Part shown: one piece after another, positions 52,201-64,000 of the stretch
How positions within the stretch are numbered: the stretch's first letter is position 1
How the letters are laid out: each line of letters opens with the position of its first letter
Made by a program: the position numbers and the translations under genes
Notes under the pieces: model-generated
What the model saw: only the letters and a program-made list of their open reading frames with translations
What the model was told of the DNA's origin: nothing
Database searches by the model: none
NCBI GenBank assembly: GCA_951406725.2
Contig: CATOCA020000001.1
Coordinates: 6,696,001-6,760,000 of the forward strand
DNA: 64,000 bases
Direction: 5' to 3'
Source of the DNA: Octopus vulgaris
Lineage: Eukaryota

Positions 52201-53308
52201 CCCCTTTCTTGCTTTCTCTCTCCCCCTCCCTCCGCTCTCCCACCTCATTATATATTACTGTATGCTCCCCCCTTTCTTGCTTTCTCTCTCCCCCTCCCTC
52301 CGCTCTCCCACCTCATTATATATTACTGTATGCTCCCCCTTTCTTGCTTTCTCTCTCCCCCTCCCTCCGCTCTCCCACCTCATTATATATTACTGTATGC
52401 TCCCCCTTTTCTTGCTTTCTCTCTCCCCCTCCCTCCGCTCTCCCACCTCATTATATATTACTGTATGCTCCCCGCTTTCTTGCTTTCTCTCTCCCCCTCC
52501 CTCCGCTCTCCCACCTCATTATATATTACTGTATGCTCCCCCCCTTTCTTGCTTTCTCTCTCTCCCCCTCCCTCCGCTCTCCCACCTCATTATATATTAC
52601 TGTATGCTCCCCCCTTTCTTGCTTTCTCTCTCCCCCTGTCTCCGCTCTCCCACCTCATTATATATTACTGTATGCTCCCCCTTTATTGCTTTCTCTCTCC
52701 CCCTCCCTCCGCTCTCCCACCTCATTATATATTACTGTATGCTCCCCCTTTTCTTGCTTTCTCTCTCCCCCTCCCTCCGCTCTCCCACCTCATTATATAT
52801 TACTGTATGCTCCCCCTTTCTTGCTTTCACTCTCCCCCTCCCTCCGCTCTCCCACCTCATTATATATTACTGTATTCTCCCCCTTTCTTGCTTTCTCTCT
52901 CCCATTCCCTCCTCTCTCCCACCTCATTATATATTACTGTATGCTCCCCCTTTCTTGCTTTCTCTCTCCCTGTCCCTCCGCTCTCCCACCTCATTATATA
53001 TTACTGTATGCTCCCCCTTTTCTTGCTTTCTCTCTCCCCATCCCTCCGCACTCTCACCTCATTATATATTACTGTATGCTCCCCCTTTCTTGCTTTCTCT
53101 CTCCCATTCCCTCCGCTCTCTCACCTCATTATATATTACTGTATGCTCCCCCTTTCTTGCTTTCTCTCTCCCCCTCCCTCCGCTCTCCCACCTCATTATA
53201 TATTACTGTATGTTCCCCCTTTCTTGCTTTCTCTCTCCCCCTCCCTCCGCTCTCCCACATCATTATATATTACTGTATGCTCCCCCTTTCTTGCTTTCTC
53301 TCTCCCAA
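49250..53308. repeat. Minisatellite, ~67-68 bp unit, roughly 60 copies (cattatatattactgtatgctccccctttcttgctttctctctccccctccctccgctctcccacct)
   Basis: Unit starts at e.g. 50421, 50489, 50556. Confidence 0.97.
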
Positions 53309-53525
53309 TAGAAGCAAGGTTCGAGTCAACGGAACGTGCAAGGGAGTACTCGACTGGAACCTTGCAAATGGGAAATATTTTATTTTTACCTTTATATCTG
53401 GGAGGTAGGACGTTCCGGATTAATATTAAAAATGTCCCCTCAGAAGTAGAGGTAGGCTGGATTGTAGCCACACTTCTATACAAGAGCGAGGACAAGATAC
53501 AATTGATCGAAATTACAAGAGACGG
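53309..53525 (+). mobile_element. Protein-like fragment (EARFESTERAREYST...RINIKNVPSEVEVGWIVATLL), possibly LINE ORF1
   Basis: Open complex sequence with an I.I.NVP.E motif reminiscent of L1/Tx1 ORF1; no splice sites identified. Confidence 0.3.
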
Positions 53526-53710
53526 GCCTACAATTCCAGTGTGTTATATATTTTGAGTATTATCACTAGCGATATCAAGACATAGCTTTGTATTTTGTAT
53601 TTTATGTGTAGATGTATATATATAGATGTACATGTAATATGTACACATATATATACACATATATACATGCACTAGCACTATGAGCCAGCAACGACGGGTC
53701 ATAGTGCTAG

Positions 53711-53764
<54 letters not shown>

Positions 53765-53920
53765 GAGGCGCAATAGCCTGGTGGTTAGGGCAGCGGAATC
53801 ACAGTTTCGATTCTGAGACCGGACGTTGTGAGCTTTTATTTAGCCAAAACATCTAAAGCTCCACGATTCTCGGGCAGTGCTTGGTGGCGACCCCTGCTGT
53901 GCTCTTTCGCCACAACTTTC
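53765..53920 (+). mobile_element. tRNA-headed SINE 5' fragment
   Basis: ggaggcgcaatagcctggtggttagggcagcgg...gtttcgattc (A and B box-like). Confidence 0.55.
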
Positions 53921-54859
53921 TGAAATTCGATCCCATTTTGTCACAAAAGAGGCAACTATGGGGTGCAAGAATTTCAATAATGTTAATAACTTTAGCTGTT
54001 CCTTGTAACACTACAACCTGATCTGCAGAAATTTTGTGTGACACAAACAACTCTCAGCGAATTATGCGACGAGTGAAAGAAATAAGTATTTCATTCTGTC
54101 CCTCACAGATTCCTTCTGTGAATTGAAGGATTCCAATATACTTTCAAAACAACTGTATATGATTAATTCTATAAAACGGAGACAAAATGTTTTAAATTTG
54201 TCTAGTGTTCATACATTCAGACACCAAACAATTCTTATAAATTAAACGAACGGGTATTCTTTTAATATTTTATCAACTCAATTCATTACATTTCCTCTTT
54301 TTCATGTGAAATTGTGTCGTTCTGAGAGGATTACTTATTTATGAATGCATGATACACGTTGAGGTTTGTGACTCTCCTCAGTTACATCATCATCATTATT
54401 TCCTCTGGTTTTATTCTTTGATTGACTTGACCAATCAGGGGCAATATATTTTCTCATTAATTAATATATGCTAATAACTGTCAGAATCTTTGCGCAAAAC
54501 AAGATGAATTGATTTGGGTCATCACAGTTGAAAGTTAAACATTTTAGTTTTATAGAATCAGTAAAAGAATTATATTTTCTCAGGTTTTCACACCTGGCCC
54601 TTTTAGAAATACATTTACTGCTACTGATTAAATTCGATACTAAATATGTTTCTCTTAGCTTATATAAAGAGTCACTTATTTCGTACAACTTTCAGGAAAA
54701 ACAATCATGTTTATATTTTTCTTCTGTTTTAACATCACAAATAATGTTTGAATATAATTTCGCTACCAGGTTTTGGAACTAAAAATCAGTGAAATATGTT
54801 AACAATTTATTTGAAATAATTTTATACAGAATTTGATACCAAATAATTTGTTTTAATAC

Positions 54860-55225
54860 TAATAAGTACCCTGCGCGTAAGCGAAAGTAAGGTATTGTGG
54901 TCGCTCGTCGTGGTCTGTTTGTGTTTTAGAAACAATAACTGGACAACAGCTGAACAAATTTTCACGAAATTAAGCAGAATTACGCAGTGGATAAATGACT
55001 AAACTTGATGAAAATCTGGTTTGATTATCTTCAAAACTGGCGGACGGGTGAATCAAAATGTTTTGACTGTGAATATGTTTTGCAAAAGAAATTATGAACG
55101 CAGGTTATGCATCGTTGTGGCAAGTTCTCAGTACAAGAAGCTAATAGCAGCACAGAAAAAAAAACATGTATTATGTTTATTAAATACTATTTTTCACTCA
55201 CCAGATGGGGCACGGAATAGTACAC
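54860..55225 (+). mobile_element. Helentron-associated (HINE/DINE-1-like) non-autonomous element
   Basis: taccctgcgcg..aaggtattg..tctgtttgt..aataact..aattttcacgaaatt resembles the HINE 5' layout. Confidence 0.4.
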
Positions 55226-56759
55226 AATATATATATGTGTGTGTGTGTATGTGCGTGTGCGAGTGAGTGTATGTATGTGTTTGTGTGTGATTTGAATCGA
55301 CCATTGTCTTCATGTGTACAGATCATGGTGTATCTAAGTACGTAGACACGTGTAGGTACACACATACATAAATACATACACAGATATGCGACTCTGTGTG
55401 TGTGTGTGTGTGTTCAGTGATGGATGCGAGAGTTTCGTTTATTTACGAGTTGATTTCTTAATTTCACCAGAATGTATATACCTATAATGGTGATACTTAA
55501 AACAAAAAAATGAAATAAAATCGAGCTTACGAATTTCCCGATCAGCAAGTAGCCATATTATTTATATCCTGCGTTTGATTCTCTTGCCTTCATTGAAAAA
55601 CGTTGAAAACACTTCTGAAATTCTATGCAATATTTTCTATACTTATTTCATTTTGTTCACTTTCGTTTTCATAATCATGATTTTTATTTGAATAACCATT
55701 TATTTAGTCATTTGCAAATTTTACTTTTACGGTTTGCCGTAGACATCGGTCAAGTCCACTTTTAGCTGTCATCTTCTTAGACTTTCAATCGTCTTTTAGG
55801 CAAACAATTACAAAGCTTAAGTTAGTTCAATGCAAAAGTATGTCTAAGAAACGCATTGTAAGCCATACTATAATTTGAGAAAAAAAAACTTTATCTGCGC
55901 ACAGGGTATGCATACTCCTCAAATGCCTTTTTTCTTTTCCCTCTCAATAGCAATTTCTTATCAATTTCCGAAATAAAATTGAGGCAATTTAAATAGTTTT
56001 GTATTTAATTTCCAAATTAAACCAGATTTATTAACTCCTATCAGAAAAGAATCCTACAACCAGTGGATAATGACTATGTGTCTTACAATCTTGTTTCATT
56101 AAATTATGTACGGTAGAGCTTTCTGTCACATCCCACAATTTTATAGACAAAGGAAGTCCACCAAGGAAGCTTCAAGTGTTTTACTTCTTTAAAACATTTT
56201 CTACGTCTATGCTGCAAAGAATTATGAAATTAAAATAAAAATTAAAATGCGATAACATCCGAGTAGTATGATGTTAAAAATTGTTGGGCAAAATAGAACT
56301 TTTCCATTATCTCAATTTATTCCGATACTGTGGGCTCACTGTGACTTTTCCTCAATCACATGAAATTACAGTAACAAATACTGTGATGTTATTTCATTAT
56401 GACAGTTATATTTAAACTTAAATTTATTAAAACTCGGTAGCTAGTAAATAAAGAGCAGCCTAGAGCTAGAATACAAAATATAATGATTCTTAATTGCACT
56501 CACAACCCCATGAAGTTTTATACAAGCATCCCCACTTTAAACTGGTCTTAAACCATAACAGAACAAAGAGAGATATCATTTATTATATAGAAATACTATC
56601 TCTATGTGATATATATTCATAGAAAAAAAAGACATCAATGTATGTATACCAGAAATTTTGTTCTAAGCTATAAATGAAGGTAGATAACTATTAATTTGGC
56701 AGAGGATATTAAAACTGTCTAAATAACAATGAAAGTGTTTAGGGAAGTGATTATATATA

Positions 56760-56807
56760 CAACAACAGCAACAACAACGAACGGATATTTCAAAGTTTAT
56801 CTTTATT
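56760..56807 (-). terminator. Probable polyadenylation signal of gene B (AATAAA at 56802-56807) with GU-rich element
   Basis: Position-conserved with gene A; the 3' UTR block atagatctgctagaattagtagc is shared. Confidence 0.55.
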
Positions 56808-57035
56808 TCAAAAGCTAATTTCTAACAAAGGAACCAAACCAGTGAAGGGTATCTCTTATGTGAGAGATAGATCTGCTAGAATTAGTAGCTAAATCCACTG
56901 CACTCCACACCTCATCATTGTAAAGGAGGACAAATTGGAGAATGTGGTTCTTGGTTCTCTATACTTTGGTCAAAGGTCTCTCTCTTTGGTCAGCATTCAC
57001 CTGGGAGTAAACAACAGTAGAATTTACACAGAAAT

Positions 57036-57240
57036 TCACCGTTCATATAATGAGAGATACTCAAGGGCAGCAAAGCACTCAGCATCTTTAAGGCCTCTTC
57101 TGAGGGTCTCAACTGTACGTTCCTCTGGTTTACAATTTATAAACCACTCACAAAGCATTTGATAACTCTGTTTTACTGTGTCACAAGGAAATCATTCTTG
57201 ATAATATCCAGATTAATTGCTGGAACTCCTAGAAAACGTC
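57036..57240 (-). CDS. Gene B terminal death domain exon: GRFLGVPAINLDIIKNDF(P)CDTVKQSYQMLCEWFINCKPEERTVETLRRGLKDAECFAALEYLSLYER*, 1-bp deletion near 57187
   Basis: 205 nt versus 206 nt in gene A; restoring one base gives a gap-free alignment with the gene A domain. Confidence 0.85.
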
Positions 57241-59597
57241 CTGCAAAAGATACAACGACAGAAAATAACAGCAACAACAACATTAACAATGATACAAAGA
57301 CTATGTACTGTAAGTTATAAATATAACAAAGAATCTACATCAATAGAGAAATAACGAAATAAATAAGAAACATGAAAACTATAAGACATTGTTCTCTATT
57401 TTTAAGAATGTTGACAAAAATAACAAAGAGGTTAAAATAAAGAAGTAAGAAGAAGAAATATTAAAAAGAATGAAGGATTTGAGAAAATGTATGGTAAACA
57501 GCTGACAGGAGCAGTATTTGTGTGGAAAATATGCTTTTTTAAGGAAGGCTTTGAAAAACCATCTGATAACATCAACGCTGGAAATAATGATGTGTGATAC
57601 CCCTTCCTCGTCTGGAATATCAACATTTAGACATATCTGGAAAGTGGGGACTGGGTTGACAAACATTACCTGTAATATTCGGTACACGGTGACCAATTAA
57701 ATAACAAATAGACAAGATACCAGAATGATCACAATTACACAAAAATATAATATTTCTAGTTCTCCTCAAATATTATAGAAGACACGAAATTAATTTTCTT
57801 GGTTCATGACTCATAATAAGGATTTCTTTCACTGGATCAAGGCCACAATGGAGAGAGATGTCGATATTGGAGTAAACCTAGCAATGAATAGAGTTTTAAT
57901 TAACAGGAAAGAGGTGGGTAAGTAGGAATTCTATAAGCCAAGGTAATGCAGTGGGACCAGAGGTATGTTCACAGGGTAGAGGAAATACTTTGTCATTAGC
58001 AGATATACGGGGGTCGCTATAGTAAGAACAACTATGGAAGTTGTAGTTGATGGTTTCTGTTACCTTGGTAACATAATTAAAAGTGGAGGAAACTATTTTG
58101 CATTCATACTATTTAGAGAAAAATATGAGGTGAAAATGAATAGTTAGCTATTATGGCTGTTGGTAACAAAGAGGTTCCGTTTCCAAATGAAGGGCAGATT
58201 GTATGATGCAATGATGCATTGAATATGGAGGATGTATGAAAACTGGCAAGAAATTAAGAGAGCATTCTTTACTGGATGTGTAATGCTAATGTGTAGAAAT
58301 CACAGAGAAAAAAATGAACTGGAAGAAAAACTAGGTGGTGCAGATATGGGAGGCGTACGGAAGATACAAGCTGGATGAAGAAGTACCAGGAAATCCAGAT
58401 GGAAGTAAACAAGAAGTTAAATCTGTCAAAGGACGACAACAGCTGTGAGATAAGTAGTCTAACTCATTCAAACTTCGAGAAATGAAAACAAGATGAGGAT
58501 GATGATGATGATGATGATGATGAACCGTTGTTTGTGGATTGATTTTAGCCCAGTATATGACTGTTAGATTTTATATTAATTACAAAGGTATAACATGTTC
58601 AACATGTCATAGATGATATCCTCTCTTAATTTAGATAAACCATTTCTATCAGCTGACTGACAGGATATTGTCATGACTTCTTGTATCCAGGCTGGAAGGT
58701 TCAAATCTAGTCCCCGGCACTGCTCTATATCCCTGCTAAAGGCGTCTCACTATGATGCAGTCTACCTAGATGCATATAGGTACCATGGGAAGGCATTTGT
58801 GTAAATAATGGGAACATTGTATAAATGGTATTTTATGTTGTTACACATTCAGACAAGGGGAAGTGGGTTATTGTGATGTTCATGCCTTTCCAAATGACTT
58901 TTATAATGTAATGAAGAGTGAAGTGATTTCAAGTGAGAAACAAAATCAATTCGAATTTACATATGATGGCATAATTATTTTATAATTAGGAAGTGCTTCA
59001 TTAACTTATAAGTACTGAGTTCAATCCAGCAATGAAGACAATCAACAAAGTGACTTGTCTGTTTAGAGACAAGACAATAGGTTGACCTGGCGCTAAAGAA
59101 TTACTATAAATATAGGAAAACAGACTGGCGAAAGGGCAGACTACAACATGTCACATAAAATGCACACTCTCCTGTTTAAAAAGTTCCATTTGGTAATTTG
59201 GTCCTTGTCTCCCAGGTGAAGCAGTTATGTCACACCTGGAACACCTTTCTTCATAATATTGCCAGATTAAGTCTACACAACAACAACAACAATCTATCAT
59301 TAAATTAAGTAGAAACGTAAACAACGTAAACAACAGAAGCGTCGCTATTAACTCACCTGTTTACCTTTAAATAACAAAAGAACTTCGTTCCTTGTATCAA
59401 CTCTATTGTATTTTCTAATTTCACCAAGTATGCAAAACTATGATAATTTCGGTGAATATTTTATGAAGTTTCAGTAATATCTTTAGCTAACATTTCAACA
59501 GGAAATTACGAATGGAACTTTTTCGTTGTCATTTTAACAAACAAAACTTCAAGTAATGGCAAAATTTATAGAAAGCAATTATGTATTCTATACTCAC

Positions 59598-59669
59598 CTG
59601 CTTGCTGCCAGTTGCCCCCTAACTTCTTTGCTGCTCTTTGGAGATACTCCCCATTCAGTTTTAGAGACT
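59598..59669 (-). CDS. Gene B death domain exon 1 (72 nt): (E)SLKLNGEYLQRAAKKLGGNWQQA
   Basis: Same size, phase and flanks as 11443-11514; CAG|gtgagt donor. Confidence 0.88.
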
Positions 59670-59934
59670 CTGAAATAAATATTTCCAAACTTTACACTTC
59701 ACAGTACAATTTCTTTGTCTCTGTTAATTGGTCTTTATTTTATTAGTGTATTTTATATTGTAAGACATTTCTATTATCAATGGTCAATATTTAGATCCAC
59801 AACTAAATAGACTCACCTTCCCTAAACTTCTTGTATCTATTAAAATATCCTACATTATCAATTAACTTAGCAGTTATCTGATTTAATTATTACTCGACGA
59901 ACTAGTTTACTTCTATACCACAATTCTCTAAGTC

Positions 59935-60790
59935 GTACGTAAAGCTTATAACAGAATCCTGTACAAATACTTGTACACCTTCTATGGTATACTATCACCT
60001 TCTGGGGCACCCATTGCTCTTGCCTTCTTCACACAGCTATCTGATTGGTGTTGGTTGAAATCACTTTGCTGAAATTTGATTCCTAGCTTCATTCGATATT
60101 TCAAACCCTCCTTGAGCTGGAACTGCTGGCCTTGCTGTGGGTCACTGTAGGGATCCTGTATATACCTGTCCAGTTCATCCTCAGTACATTTTACACTACT
60201 TCACATAGCATCTGCATTTAGATTCCTATTAACATCATAAGGGTTCTGAAGGAGTTTTTCTCTAATCCAACCTCATTTCCTGTTTCAGTTGTTGCGGTCA
60301 GAGCGGATGGTCTATTTTTCAACTCTGCTCCAGACATAATAATCCATGGGATTACAATCAAGGCAATTAGGAGGCTAAACATGGGTCCATGGAAGCCGTA
60401 TAAATTCTCCGACAGTCACTTCTGATTCTTCCTGCTGGTATGGAAAGGAACTGCATTCTGCTGTCATGTATAAGGCCTTCGAACAGCGACCATGTCCAGC
60501 CAGATTTGACCACCGTCTCTAGGAGCATTAACAGCCATTTGAATTGAACTTAAGGCTGCGTTCAAAGACGTCAGCTTCAATGGAGACACATCTGAAGACA
60601 TGCTGGTCACTGCTTCGTAGACTCCGTTGCAGCTTTACAATGTTTACAGAGTATTGAACAGCAGACATGATGTTGACATTTTGATACATGGTATTTGTGC
60701 ATCATAATACACTTTGGCGTATCTACTGCTTATAATTCTTACATCTGTGACAAGGTATGTATCAATTCCTCGTTTCCTACCAGACAGCAA
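59935..60790. mobile_element. Insertion specific to the gene B intron, probably a decayed non-LTR retrotransposon
   Basis: Interrupts the cassette-intron homology; higher GC; no clean motifs. Confidence 0.35.
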
Positions 60791-62267
60791 GCTAGCACAC
60801 CATCGTCCTAATCTTTATATAGGATTGTCTTTTACATTTGGTCTCGTTTCTCCAGTTATTTTTGAAATTTACTTGCTTCTGCTTAAATATGACAAATGAT
60901 AGACTGCATTACGTATTTACTTTAACCTTCATTATTCACCAAGTAATTAGTTGATCCAGAACTATTTGCATATCTTTGGGTCTCTTGTTAGTATTGTGAT
61001 GTCATCCATGGAGTCTCTTTAGATGAATCCACTTGAGCCGTTTCTTATGATCAACCTGCTGATCATAAAATCTCCATCATAAGCAGAAAACAAATGCTGT
61101 ACAAACTACAGCAATTCCAATCTCAAGAAGGTGCCAGTCTGTTGTGAAGTTTTCTTTCATGAAGCACATTTTGAAGTTGTTATAGCAACACCTCATCACA
61201 TGCTTAATCTTTTCGCATATATAAAAGAAGTCTATTGCTTCCATCAATAATTTTTGTGGTCATTAACTAAGTTTTGTGCCACTTTCTCAAGGGGCTGCTT
61301 TTGTGGCACTCGAGTCTTGTAAAATTTCTTTATTTGTATTGATAATCCTTTCTACAATGCGCAATGAGAAACCACTATGGCTTCGGTTAACATTTTCATA
61401 TTTTCTACAGATTTCCTATGTAATAGCTCAATATTATGTCCACAACAAAATGGACCAACCTTCCTAAATCTCCTCTTTCTATTAAGATGCTCTACATAAT
61501 CTAACACTGTGGTAATTATCACATTTAATTATCACTTGACAACCCTGCTTTTCTCTTCTGTTTTTCCTTTCTTACATTTGGGCCAAATCTAAGACACGGC
61601 ATTTTCCTCTCACTTTCATATTTCACCAAACAATATTCTTCTCAGTTTCTGCTTAATTCTGATGTCAATCAATTTGCGCATCACATATTTCACCGCAAAC
61701 ACACGACTCAACACTTCAACTAGGATAAACACAGAGTTACAATAAAAAAGGGGAACTCGTGGCAAGGTGAGTACACAGCAGGAGAGATCTTCAGTAGAAG
61801 AACTCCCATTCCACAAGCGTTTCGGCCCTTATACCTAACAAGCTAAAGGAACCGGGCACACCCAGCTCATAACTTCTAGGTGTCATCATGATTAGTTTAC
61901 TGCTAAAATTTCCCAATGAATCCTGGCACCGTAAGCAGGGTTCTTAAGGAGCTGCTATCTAAAGTGTTCACTATCCTTTATTTTTTCAACCCGTCCACTG
62001 TTTCTTTGAATGTATTTCATTGTATTGTATCATACAGCCTCTATGAAGTTTCAAGAAAGGGAAAGAGACAACGGTTTTCTGAGCAGCAAACCGATGTCTT
62101 CCACTTGAATAAAGACAATGTTTACTGGATGCAATGATAGATTTATTATCAGTGAAAAATAAGAGGGTGGTCATATTTGGAACTCGTTTCATTGTAAGTC
62201 TGCCAGATTATGAGAGACATCAGCTAAAATAACAACAATAACTTGTCAGTAAACATTTTAAAAATAA

Positions 62268-62708
62268 AGGCGTAGGAGTGGTTGTGTGGTAAGTAGCTTG
62301 CTTACGAACCAGATGGTTCTAAGTTCAGTCCCACTGTGTGGCACCTTAGGCAAGTGTCTTCTACTATAGCCTCGAGCCAACCAAAGCCTTGTAAGTTGCT
62401 TTGGTAGACAGGAACTGAAAGAAGCCCGTCGTATGTATGTATGTATGTATGCATGTATGTATGTATGTATGTATGTATGTATGTATGTATGTATGTATGT
62501 ATGTGTGTATGTGTTTGTCCTCCCAACATTGCTTGACAACCGGTGCTGGTGTGTTTCTGTCCGTGTAACTTAACTGTTTGGCTAAAGAGACCGATAGAAT
62601 AAGTACTAGGCTTACAAAGAATAAGTCCTAGGGTCGATTTGGTCGACTAAAAAGGTGGGGCTCCAGCATGGAGACAGTCAAATGACTGAACCGAGTTAAA
62701 GAGTATAA
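62268..62708 (+). mobile_element. Same SINE insertion in the duplicated block; keeps ~40 bp that is deleted in the 15.6 kb copy
   Basis: Same flanks and body as 15579-15962. Confidence 0.8.
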
Positions 62709-62737
62709 AACAAACAAAAACTTTGTCATTACCTCAC

Positions 62738-62782
62738 CTGTTAAACCACAACATATATTATTTGGCTGTTCCAAAAGAGAAC
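62738..62782 (-). CDS. Candidate 45-nt microexon (G)SLLEQPNNICCGLT, gene B copy
   Basis: Identical to 15993-16037. Confidence 0.35.
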
Positions 62783-63011
62783 CTGAAATCTATTTTGCTT
62801 CTAATTTATCCATTTCACCAACCGTGCTAACCTGATTGGATACTTTATGAAACGTCAATAGTATCGATATGTTTAATATGATTAGTTTAATGCTAAAACT
62901 TCCCATTGACAGGTAAGAATGGAAGCTGATTTTTATCATTCTGATATCAAAATAGTTCAGCAGAGAATAAACCTTACAGAAATCAATCAAGTGCTGTTAT
63001 TTTATACTCAC

Positions 63012-63062
63012 CTACAGGTTCAGCCAATGTCTGTGTTTCCTTGACTTCAAATGTTCGATTCA
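63012..63062 (-). CDS. Gene B 51-nt phase-1 microexon: (V)NRTFEVKETQTLAEPV
   Basis: attcatttcag acceptor, TAG|gtgagt donor, intact frame. Confidence 0.78.
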
Positions 63063-64000
63063 CTGAAATGAATATTTCCAAGTTTTAAACATTATAGAAA
63101 AATTTCTCTATCTTTATTAATAATCTATATTTTATATCAGAGATTTCTTTCATAGATAATCAACTGTTGAAGACAATGGTTTTGGTTAGAATGTTTATAG
63201 TTTCAACAGGATTACCCTGTAATAGTTCAATATTTACACTGCCTTCCTAAATTTCCTTTATCTTTTGAGACATTCGACGTCATCTAACAACTGTGTCATT
63301 ATTTCATTTAATTATCACTTGATAACACCAATCTTTTATTAGGTTTGTCTTTCCTTTCTTATATCTGCACTAAACATATGACTTGAAATTGTGCCCTCAC
63401 TTCTGCCCTTCTCTAACCAACATTATTCTCAGCTTTGCTTAATTCCAATGGCAACCAGTTTGGTTATCCATGATCTAACCATAAACACATTACACACACC
63501 ACTTTAAGTGGTAGAATGGAAGTGATTCTGAAAACTCTAGGATATCTCTGACAACCCTCTTCTATATATCAACCAAACATTCGTCTCTCCTTTGATGTCC
63601 CCTTAATCAATGCGGTGCCTCTGAAGGGGCTGAAAACTCAGTTCAATCAAATCTGAGGGGACGAAATGAACACCTCTGTAGAAATCTTCCTGATGTTACC
63701 CACATTACAAGGAATATGAAACCCTGCTCACACCCCATTCCACCATCACTGTTTTACCACATTTGTCACTAATGATCATTGACGTCAACTAATTGAAAAT
63801 GTTTCTAAAATGTTTTATAAAATACATCTAATTAGTGTCAAGTATGTATACAGAAATGTTCCACAACATAGTGTTTCCTATGAAATGAATCGAAAACACA
63901 ATAACATCAAAACTTACTGAAACATAGGGACTATAATCACGGTTCGTATGGATGTGGTCTTGTAACAAAGAAACACTACGTCCTCTTATGTCTCCCGTAT

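Larger units (their letters stand above)
57036..63062 (-). other. Gene B (3' part; 5' end lies beyond the window): paralog of gene A with microexon(s) and a death domain
   Basis: Exons 63062-63012, (62782-62738), 59669-59598, 57240-57036; introns and 3' UTR align by eye with gene A. Confidence 0.85.
61970..63970 (+). repeat. Segmental duplication, copy 2
   Basis: See 15281-17250. Confidence 0.95.

Noticed and set aside
49061-53556. ORFs of 627-1427 aa
   Set aside because: All three + frames are largely open because the 67-bp unit has no stop; minisatellite artefact

Overview
AT-rich, repeat-dense animal genomic DNA, most likely an octopus (inferred from the SINE/RTE repeat types, microsatellite load and a [15 protein letters not shown] zinc finger). 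There is one 100-N scaffold gap at 45104-45203. Almost all long ORFs in the supplied track are low-complexity artefacts. Reading splice sites by hand on the minus strand reveals two paralogous multi-exon genes that the ORF track misses. Gene A (at least 34333 to 8359) encodes Mind bomb-like C-terminal ankyrin repeats, one MIB-RING1-like RING finger, a run of symmetric phase-1 microexons and a death domain. Gene B (beyond 63062 to 57036) shows a microexon and a death domain. The 51-nt microexons are duplicated cassettes that share intron flanks with the first death-domain exon, and two types encode LC8/DYNLL-type motifs (KETQT, EDKASQT). A ~2 kb cassette is nearly identical between A and B while their death domains are only ~40% identical. 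Four coding exons carry 1-2 bp indels in short homopolymers, so these are either pseudogenes or long-read errors. The rest is transposons (Helitron helicase relic and Helitron ends, IR-DR Tc1, CR1-like, RTE with a PHD-like insert, Tx1/L1 embedded in GATA repeats, SINEs), a 9.8 kb (ATC)n array with higher-order structure and a 4 kb ~67-bp minisatellite.
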